This document shows, one piece after another, positions 22,635 to 32,286 of a stretch of 35,646 nucleotides of DNA (positions within the stretch are counted from its first letter, which is position 1; every line of letters begins with the position of its first letter). Source of the stretch: Phoronis australis (Eukaryota; Animalia; Phoronida); NCBI GenBank assembly GCA_002633005.1, contig NMRA01000205.1:131720-167365 (forward strand). Reading direction: 5' to 3'. The notes below the pieces were generated by a model. The model was given only the letters and a program-made list of their open reading frames with translations, was not told the origin of the DNA and did not search any database. The translations under genes were made by a program, and so were the position numbers.

Positions 22635-23690
22635 ATGGCAGACGACAGTGAAGTACCCGGTGAGTTTAAGCGTCATTTTCTTCTTAAATAGAGGCTACTT
22701 TGGTACCAATGCGACACATCGAAAAGCGTCAGAGCTTAGCCTTTGTTGTGGATCTGAAAAAATACTTTTCTTTTGCCATTTTTTGAAATAGAGACCGCAG
22801 AATGCAATGGCTTTCGGTAAAATGACTTGCGTCTCGTAAACTCGTCAATTTCTACTTGTTATTAGCAATTCCTGGGTTCTTCAGTGGACACGTTTGACGT
22901 TTATAGTGAAATCGTCCCTGGTGACACCTTTGTTAGTTATAATTTGTGAAACAATACGAACTATCTACCGATGCAAGCAGGTCCTTGTATGAGACGGCGA
23001 TCGGGAACGAAGCTGTTAATTCTACATGGCGATCGTGAACGCAAAAAAAATGCGATCGTGAACGCAAAAAAATGCGATCGTGAACGCACGTTTTTTTCTG
23101 TGCATTTTCCTGAATAATTGTTGAAGTTAAGGTGTTATATCAATAATTTTAGAATAATACGACCATGAATTAGTTGACAGGTAAATTGTTTGTTATACTT
23201 TCACCGTTTTTTATGATTTCTGTGTGAGATTTAGCCTCACAAATATGATTATATGCGTTTGATTTTTCAGTTGAACTGTAGCCGCATGAGGAGTCCTTCA
23301 GAGTGTTAACATACACGCCTTCAAAAAAGAGTACCGGTACCACAACTGCTGCATTTGACAAAGGGCTGTGTATGCATATATGTTGTGGAGCTTCGTTCAG
23401 GAAGAAACCTTTTTTGTATAACCACATGACAATAAAACACTGTCACTCACTATCTGCAAGCAAGACCTTTACCAGCCCCGTGTTGCATGGGGAAGGATTT
23501 TTTTTTACCGCATAAGAAAACACAATATGAAGCATAGTGCTTAGGAACCAAATTGATTCAGTGCCCTATCTGCGATCAATGTTTCACGGAAAGAGTAAGC
23601 CTGAGGACACTCCTTGTTGTAAGTGTGAATGGGTCATGCAAAGAGTATGCCTCCTTCTACAGACATGAGAATCAGAATCACCGTGAATAA
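22635..23690 (+). pseudogene. Small multi-C2H2 zinc-finger pseudogene (exons 22635-22659 and 23271-23690)
   Basis: MADDSEVP, phase-1 intron, then CCGASFRKKPFLYNHMTIKH, RKHNMKH, IQCPICDQCFTERVSLRT and KEYASFYRHENQNHRE*. In-frame TAG at 23279 and frameshifts. Confidence 0.75.
23029..23087. repeat. Three-copy 22-23-bp tandem repeat gcgatcgtgaacgca(a)n
   Basis: Directly visible; lies in the intron of the zinc-finger pseudogene. Confidence 0.9.
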
Positions 23691-24441
23691 ACTTGTTCAG
23701 TCCAGTAGTGAAAGTTGTTAATTTACAAAACTTTATTCAGATTTACAGTTTATGGTTGGTAGTTGCCTGGTGTGATAGTATTTTGACGTTTTGTTTTGAA
23801 CCTTTTTCCTATTTGTGTTATTTCAGCAGCATCTTTAACAGTTACAGAACCAGTGCATTTCTATTGTGGTTGGGTACATTAAATGGTCACTCTATGTGTC
23901 ACTGGGTGATTCTTACATACAATTCGGTCCGAAATAGATTGTCTATGATTCAGTGATGATTTAGTCTAATACACTCCAAAAATAATTCGCAGGAAATGTA
24001 CACTGGATGTGTTATGTTGATTTCCCCAAAGCAATGTTTTATATCTTTTTTTCCGTATGACCAATTTTGAGGTATGTGTGATAAAAGATTAATAATATTA
24101 TAGAATTGCTTTAATATTGTTGTTGATTTCCTGTGTAATCACTACATTGTGTCTTCAAGTGATGTTAAAGACAACGTTTTAACTACGTTTTTGAGAAAAT
24201 CACACTATAGTAGGTGTATTATATCTTGTCTCATCCTTTTTCAATGTCACGTTAAACTGGAGATCATGAACTGAAGATGCACTCAGGACCAACTATGAAT
24301 ACTACAAAACAGAATAGTCAAACATATGTTGTATATCCAAGCCACACAAGTGCCACAAGTCAATCTGTTCATCTCTGTATCGATCATATCAGTAAAACAT
24401 CCAACAAAATATCACCCGTTTTATCAGCAAAACAGCTAACA

Positions 24442-25117
24442 CTATTTCTGGCATGTTTTTAAATCCCAGACGTTCATGAGCGGTAGGCCTAATCTTTGAA
24501 TCACCTCACGAATGGTGTTGCCGCACTCTATTCGCTCCCTACAGGCACGCTCATCATCATCACTGGCGTACAATCTTGCAAGAAGATTTGGCACTCGCTT
24601 TCCAGGGGCGGATCCAGGATTTTGAGTTAGGGGGGCAGGGCACAGGAATAGTCGGAATTTTGCCACAAGCGCGCGCCCAGCCTGAAATGTAAGGATGCAG
24701 GGGCCTCGAATTTTTGGGTTTGTGGACCTTATTACTCAAAAGGGTACACGGGGTTTGTTCAAGGCCTATGAATTGCGCATTAACCCATCGAGCTCACTTG
24801 GGTGGGCGCATATGCTAGTCGGCAATTTGCACCCCGGACTGCCAAATGGTATATGGGAGAAATTTAGGGGGCATGGCCCCCTTGACCCCCCCTCCTAAAT
24901 CCGCTTCTGCTTTCATCTGCATCAACAATTTGTTTACTCCTGGCTTACACACCACATTGAACAATTGCTGGGTGAGTCTTAGTTTAGAACCCCTTGTTCC
25001 ACTTGGTTTCGTCAAAAAGTATGTCTGTATTTCAAAACCCAGGTAGGGTGTACTTTCACGAAGTGATCAATCTGTTCGTTGAAGCTCGCCTCACAATAAT
25101 AACAGTGAACGTGTTTC
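24442..25117 (-). pseudogene. Truncated exon with a single C2H2-like finger, interrupted by a MITE
   Basis: Acceptor atttcAG (25118-25119), KHVHCYYCEASFNEQIDHFVKVHPTWVLKYR, and further downstream SDDDERACRERIECGNTIREVIQRLGLPLMNV. Confidence 0.5.
24603..24909. mobile_element. MITE with 5-bp TSD CTTTC
   Basis: caggggcggatccagga ... tcctaaatccgcttctg. ctttc at 24598-24602 and 24910-24914. Confidence 0.85.
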
Positions 25118-26437
25118 CTGAAATGAAAATAAATTCATTTGTGAAAATATCTATAATTAAAATAGGGCTTGATGTAGGCCTACATGTAGTCGCTCATTTT
25201 AATTTAATGGTACTGCTGTGATACTGTTCAGTTTGGAAACGAAAGTAACAGTAATGACTCAAAATGTGATTAATTCATTGCACCACACTTATTTTGTAAC
25301 CCTTTTCACGTTTTATAAGTAAAAAGTTCATAACTGTTCGGCACACCACGATGCGTTCTCGATCGCATAAACAAAACAAAACTTTGCGTTTCCGATCGCT
25401 TATCTTTGCGTTTTCGATCGCATCTTTCAACAGAAACGTGTCGAAAAATCAGAGATCCTGACAAAGCTACGAAAAACAAGCGTTGTGTTATATTTTCACA
25501 AGTCACTTCTTCATAACTTCATGGTCAATTTATTGATTTAGTGCCAAAAATAAGCGCAATTTGCCAAAATGACGTACGAATCCCCTTTGACTCAAGCGAT
25601 GCCTCGTTCAACGTAACTTATCTCCAATAATTGGAACAGACACCAGCCCAAACCTCTACCTGCCCTTCCTCAATGTGTTACGCTTTGAACTCATGTCTCT
25701 GTTTTCACATTGGAAGTAAAAACAACGTCAATTCATCAAATTCACTCACCTTGCCTGGTTTCGCTTCTCGCAACCGGTTTCGTTCTCGATCGCTTTCCGG
25801 TCGCTCTCGATCGAGGGTTGGCCGGTGTGCTCCACGCGCGCTACATGCCATGTTCCTGCTACTGCAAGTCGTAGTACCTCTAACCGTTCTCGGGACTCGT
25901 GACGTCATCTTGTGAATGTGATTGTTCACTAGCTCAGGAATCGTTCGCCTAGTAGAGCGCTTGCGAGTAATACCCGAATGTGATAACAACTGCAGTCTTG
26001 AAATTGCGGGGTTTCTTCAAGGATTGATTTTAAAAAACCAACGGAGATCTAAGTGTCGACTGCCAAGATGAAATGTAATGTCAGCGCCTGTTTGGTCATG
26101 CACATGCTAAATGATTCAAAGTTGCAAGGAGTTCTGTACTCCTTTTTTAGTTTAGTTGTGTATGGGCATTTCATTTGAGAAACCGATTTTTATTTTGAAT
26201 GTGGTTATTACTGGGCAAAATGAAATTTCACCATGTCTGTTACTCAGTCATGAAGTTTTCGTTTTGTTTTGTTTTCTGCTTGTTTGTTTGTACGCCCTTT
26301 ACAGGTAACACGTCCGTGCGCTCCCGAAATATCGCGAAATTGATATGAAACACGTATCTCTTCAAAAACTCGAGACTTATTGTTTTGCAGAAAAATCTTG
26401 CCAAAGATGACGTTGTGAGATCCATTTTATCGGAATT

Positions 26438-26690
26438 GAAATCTCATTGGTATGCAGAAATATCTTGCCAAGGTTACTCAGAAGCGTAGCATACGTTTCT
26501 CGCTTGGGCTTATCGTTCTCGACTTATTCGGGGCTTTCTGGTGACTTTCCTCTCGTTTATTTCTCGTGCCGTGTCACCGGCTTTCTGTTCGCAGGTCTTT
26601 CTCGAAATTTGGTATGCAGATAGAGCTCGCCAACCACTATCTGTTGTATGACATCTGTTTCTCGCTCTAATTTACTATTCTCTAATTCGC
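26438..26690. repeat. Diverged ~165-bp two-unit repeat (helentron-associated-like)
   Basis: ttggtatgcaga...gccaa...gtttctcgct...ttctc..attcg near 26447 and 26609. Confidence 0.5.
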
Positions 26691-28619
26691 CCTTTACTAA
26701 TCTGACGACTGTTCTGTTATTGACCGATTCCTCGCGGCTTTTTGTTAGTCTATAATACGCATGGTACAGCTCCCGTGTTTTGTCCAGTCCGGCATTATAA
26801 ACTTTACAAACATCTCATGTGGTCATCAACGCCTATGCCTTGATTTAGACTTCAATATAGTACGGAAACGAACCGGGAAATAGGCTATAATGAATCGTTT
26901 TTGTTTTGTTTGACGACTTCTTATATTGCGTGCGTCAAAACACGATCTTGTGAAGAATGCATTGACTTAGTCTGTATTTCTCAACATCAACTAAACGAAG
27001 TGGTTGAATGTTTTTTCCAAGCAATCGCAATATCCAAATGTTACTTCATTCGGTTAACCCACAAGAGGGCGCTTTACATGATCATTAAACATAGCACAGG
27101 AAAAGAGTGTTAGTGTTTTGTGTATCAGTCATTCACACTTACTGGTGATCGTGTTCCACTTGCGCTCTTCAATAATGTATTGTCAAGAGTCACGCACTCA
27201 AACGTTTTACCTCACGGTGTCTACTACTCAGGTAAAATAACCTGTCGAATCAGCTTGAGTTTCTTGTTTATACACCCATCATCGTTCTTTGATTATTGCA
27301 AAACGAAGATCTAATGAGTTCCTGAACCTTACGAATTATCTTGAAATTGAAAAAAATGAGAAAATCACCACCGAACTGTTTTCAGTGCAGCTAATATGTT
27401 CGTAAACAATGATCGCTAGACACTAATGAGGCTTATGTTTATCGTAAGTCACACCGAATCACTTAGAATTATATGGAGTCACGCAAACCGCCTGGGTTTG
27501 TGTTTCTGGAGACTGATTTAATAACGACATCGATCACTGTAATGATAGAAAGTGTGGTAACTAGGCGACGGTTTATAACATATACACCATTGTAATGTAA
27601 AGCGTTTGGTCTACATGAAACAGGCCTATAGCTTACCGTTGAAATCTGGCTTCACTTTGTCCATTAGTCGTATTACAAGTGATTTCTAGGCTTAGAAATG
27701 CTGATGTTGACTGAAACATTGCTACACTTGTACGACTGCGTATACGACTTACGTATAACTGTCACCATACTCTTCCAGTTTTCTTGTACCGCGTTATATG
27801 TTGTGACTTTAGCTCGCAAAGTCGTGTCAAAGTACTTGTCTGCACTTAGTCGTATACGACCTACGACATAAACATGAAGTCGCATTCGAACAGTTGGCGT
27901 GTACAGACATGGCTGGAAAGCATAAAATGAATCACCGGGATCGAGCGAGACAGGGTAATCCAAAATCTTTAGGTTCTTAAATAATTATTTTCAAAGAGAT
28001 CACTATAAATTGATATAGAAAAATTCAAAATGTTTACTGGGCTTGCTTGAGAAACTTGGCCAAAGCAGAGTTTCGTCGGTCACGGCCGACTTTTTTAAGA
28101 TCCTGAAACACCCGTTGGCGCGTGTTAATCTTTGACAAAATCCAGCCCCGATGTCATGAATTTGATATCTGCCCAGCTAATCTTCTTAATAGGTGTCGCT
28201 GTAACTAGATCATCGATGTTGAGATAACCATCAATGCTTTAATAGATTGTTTAATTTCGCCTACAAACGACTCTGGACACTTTATTTAATTCCATAAATC
28301 ATTTTAATTGTTTTTTCATTGGGTTATATGTCTCTGTGTCTCATTAAGTGCACATGTTTAAAGAACCATTTTGTCTCCACTAGTGGGACGGTCGGCACAT
28401 CCTGTTCTAACAACGCAGGATTTTCTGGAAAGTGAGAAATAATGTGCTCGAAGAGGACGAGCTTCTTACATCTTATGCGACTTGTCACGTGTACAGCCCT
28501 CCAAGTTGATGCCATTGTGATACGTGAATACCGGTGTATAATGACATACAATTTAACGAGGGTGGTGCTAAGGAAAGACAACCCGCTTTATAGAGCCTGA
28601 TTCGGACGCGGACGATATT

Positions 28620-29974
28620 AACAAGAGCAACGCGGAGCGTTGAAATGCGCCCACGAGTGTTTTTAGTATCATAAAATAGCCATTGGATGGCGCAGAATAT
28701 ATCAAACTTGTCCGAATTGGGTAGGTGTCTCTCTAACACAACTATTTGCCAAAATTCATGAACATAAGCCAAGAAACTCCAAACATACTGAGACAAACGC
28801 AAAAATTGACACTAGGGGGCACAGATATAATCCGATTGATCTGAAACTCATCGTGGCATGTAGCCATCTCCATAGAAGCACATCCGACAAATTCCGTAAA
28901 GACCAGCCTTCAAAGGGTTAAGGAGATACAGCCACAGACGCAAAGAAGCAAAGTTGTCCCTAGAGAGCGCAAGAATAGTCAAAATCGTCTGAGCATCGTC
29001 ATTTGCGGTCTTCACATCAGAAACACAACCGTTAATTTTCATAATGATCCTTTGAGTGGTTTGGCAGATGGAGAAGTGGACATCAAAAACGTAAGCAAAA
29101 AATTAATGACCACCATGTGACGCAGAAAATATGGAATCTGTCCGAAAATGGGAAGGCGTTGCCATCTTCTTAATAGAAGAAGCGATATGTGAATTTTTGC
29201 GAAAAATCATTAATGAGGAAAACATTAAAAACATTTTGCCACTAGAGGGAGCAGTGATATTCGGGTCAGTTCAACAATCGTTACAGTTTGTCGTCGGGTC
29301 CATAGGAACACATCTTTGAAATTTCACAAAGCTCCTTCAAAAGGTTACGGACATTTGACCGCACATGGAAAAACACCAAAATCTCCACTAATCAAACTCT
29401 TCCCAAAATCAACGTCTTTTGTAGCCTCCCCATCAGGATCCTTTGAGCGCTATGGCAGATAGGGAGGCGGATGCCAGAAATAGAAGCAAAAATAACAAAA
29501 AATGGCCACAAGGTTGTGGAATGACATCGTCTCTCTTTAATAAAAACTTATTTGTCGCATTTCATGGAAATCCATCAAGGAACTGCAAAGATGCAGAAGC
29601 AAACGTAAAAAAGTAAAATTGCCACAATGGGGCACAGCGGTAATCGGGTTGGTCCAAAACTTGTCGTCATATGCTTCATAGGAACACACCTGCCAAAGTT
29701 CAATAAAATCCTGTAAGGGATTAAGGAGATATACAGGAGCGAATCCAGGATTTTGAGTTAGGGGGAGGGTCACGGCAGAGTATTAGCCAGGATTTTGCCC
29801 GTCTGATATTTGCACTCCGAACTGCCAGTTGGAATACGAGAGAAGTGTAGAGATGGCCATGCCCCCCTTGCCACCTCCCTTTTCAATCCGCCACTGATAT
29901 AGCAGCGGACGTCAGAAACCCAGTCAGAAATGATAACAACATACATCCACATACATGTAAATGAAGCATAAAAA
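28620..29974 (+). mobile_element. Helentron-associated (HINE/DINE-like) non-autonomous element with diverged internal tandem array
   Basis: Starts aacaagagc and ends acatacatccacatacat...cataaaaa. Related units start at 28807, 29236 and 29619 (ttgMcac..RggR..cag ... ccatagRa.cacat ... aagggttaaggagata) and at 29047 and 29437 (gatcctttgag...ggcagat). Confidence 0.6.
29734..29896. mobile_element. MITE with 5-bp TSD ATATA, same family as 24603-24909
   Basis: caggagcgaatccaggattttgagttaggggg ... aatccgccactg. atata at 29729-29733 and 29897-29901. Confidence 0.85.
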
Positions 29975-30796
29975 CCAGGTGTCTGGTGTGCAGAACATAC
30001 CTTTCTTGAAAGATATATATTAGCTGAAAGGCATTACCATGCCTCCTGATAATAGTCACAACGTAATAGACCTATAGGCTGTCATGGTAGGTAAATATCT
30101 AGTCTGGGACCGTTGTGATTTTAGTACGTTCACTTAGTCGGGGCAGACACGTCGCTCTCGGGGACAGAAGAAATGGGGGCAATTTTAGAATGAGGCCAAA
30201 GTGTTAGTGCTTAACTATTGTGAAAAAAGCTGGCTACAAAACACGAATAACTTTGAGATTTAGAGGTTAGGTACTGACATGAGCTCCACTTCACAACTGT
30301 TGATTATGCGCACTTCACAGTCTAGAAATGATTTATACAAGTTATCTTACTAACTGTCATATGCATATACTCAGATACGTTGCACTATTGCTCAAGTCAG
30401 ATTAAATTATTTTTCCCAAATAAATGTGTAGAGCGTGGGACCAAATTTCTGTCACTTTCCATGAAACCAGCCCCTGGTCACTAGCAATACCGAAGTTAAT
30501 TAATAGGAGCACAGCCCCAGAAATACCTTTCATATTATATTCAGGTTCTCATTCACTGCCTTGCATACAGTCACTAGTACGACCGAGCTGAGAGAAGTAG
30601 GAGACACTTTTGTACATTGAAGTGGCGATTCTTCATGTGCTCAGACTCACTTGGAATCTCAGTAAACAACAAGTTATGACTGTATGTAGCGGTAAATGAT
30701 GTAAATCAAGAGTACGTTTAATTCGATCCAACAGAACAAGTCTACACGGCATTACCAGAGTGCATCATGAAAACACACCATTAGAGAATACCTTAC

Positions 30797-30995
30797 CTGC
30801 TATAGTTGATATTAGCAAGGGCGTACAGTTTGCAGTAGCTCCGACAATCTGAATGTAGCAATATGTCTGAACTAACAAACTCCATGCGCTCTGCTTCTTG
30901 TTACCTTTATGCAGTCTCAGTACAGCGGCGTTCGTCCCAACGCCGAATACTAATGCCAAAACCAAAAGCACCGACTTAACTGTAGTCTCCAGCAT
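30797..30995 (-). CDS. Probable first coding exon of a rhodopsin-like 7TM receptor (TM1-TM2)
   Basis: MLETTVKSVLLVLALVFGVGTNAAVLRLHKGNKKQSAWSLLVQTYCYIQIVGATANCTPLLISTIAG: hydrophobic helix with GxxxN, basic loop, second helix ending in P. Strong donor CAG|GTAAGG at 30795-30796. Downstream exons were not found. Confidence 0.5.
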
Positions 30996-32185
30996 CTTTT
31001 CACTCGAAAGTAGTTCAAACTTTCCCTCATCAAATTATATTATTGCCTTGCCACTGAAAAATACACCTTTCACTGCCTTGCGGTTTGTGATTAAGCGAGT
31101 GCAACAAGCGTAATGGAGTGATAAGCTTATATCCGCTGAAGATCACGAATCGACTAGTTCTAGAATAATTGCGAGAATGTGGCAGGCGGTGGGTGTATAT
31201 CCACGAACAGACAGGCTGGCCACCCTACAGTTGAAACGCGAATTTCGTTGGAAACCGTGATGACACGAGATCTCAGCAGAGATTACGAGTTAAGGTTATG
31301 CATGACCCTAGAAAAATGTCCAAATTTGGATAACTTCAGAACATCATTTTAAGTGCTGCAAAATGATCTCGCTAATTCACTAAGTTGTAGTATCTTTATG
31401 CATGGCTATCTATGAAAAATAAGATAAAATCATTTCACCAATGTAACCTGTGAAGCCAGAGCAAGTTTTTGGAACGTTTATCGGCCAATGCAAAGTCCAC
31501 CTTAATTATTTCAAAATATATTTTTCCATTTGCAGATCGCTCCGTCTCAAAGCCTCACAAAATTGTACTTGGTTCATCTAATTAGGTTTTATCTAGAAAC
31601 GGGATCTGCTCCTATTTAAGGGGTCAGAATCAAACATCCCAAAACAAGGTTTGCAGCATCACAAGATGTGTTTGCTCTTCTACTTAGTTTGCTTCGTACA
31701 ACCATATCAAAAACACCAACAAATTAATTTCGACAGAAAAATCGATCGGGAATACATATCGATTTACATTAAAAACGAAGAGTGTAAGATTTTGTCTCGC
31801 CAATCTAATATACTTTGTTAGAAACGTCATGTACGTGAGTAGACCATGATCAATTTGTGTCTGGCGTAAAGCCAAGGAAAATAACATGCTTATCTGTGTT
31901 ATACTTTTATTGTTATGATATTTGGTACTGCACTGCAATTTTTAACATTTGTCTAATTACAGTGGGAAACTAGTATAACAAGGTTTCTGGAATATACTTA
32001 ATGGTTTGTAAACGGCATTTTGGAGACCATTATTGCCAAGCAAGTGACTTCTTAAAACTATTAATTTTGGCTAGAGCTGTTAAACAACATAATCCTTTCT
32101 CTATGTGGTTTTATTACAAATCGACAGGGCTCGCCGATGTACCGGTTTAATGCTCTTCAAATACTCTGGCTTTATCGTCTGGAGT

Positions 32186-32286
32186 GAGCTCGTCAACACA
32201 GCGTTAGGCTGCAACCGCGAGGATTGCTGATTCGATTCCGCGCTGAGGCTGATCTCAGAAAATCATTTCTCACCGCTAATGTCCCT
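32186..32286 (+). mobile_element. tRNA-derived SINE head, copy 2
   Basis: cagcgttaggctgcaaccgcga...gattcgattccgcgctgaggctgatctcaga...aatgtccct, homologous to 7634-7735. Confidence 0.7.

Larger units (their letters stand above)
22599..25800. mobile_element. Unassigned element with mirrored ends and two convergent zinc-finger pseudogenes (true termini not visible)
   Basis: ccggaaggcgatcgagaacgagacc (22599-22623) versus the reverse complement of 25776-25800, 23/25. Each copy is followed within 40 bp by a GTGAGT donor pointing inward. Confidence 0.6.

Noticed and set aside
21550-22791. Three long ORFs (358-413 aa) in the ORF track
   Set aside because: Artefacts of translating through the 974-N gap.
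27673-28581. ORFs of 96 and 85 aa as downstream GPCR exons
   Set aside because: No transmembrane segments or DRY-like motif, and no convincing in-phase splice sites.
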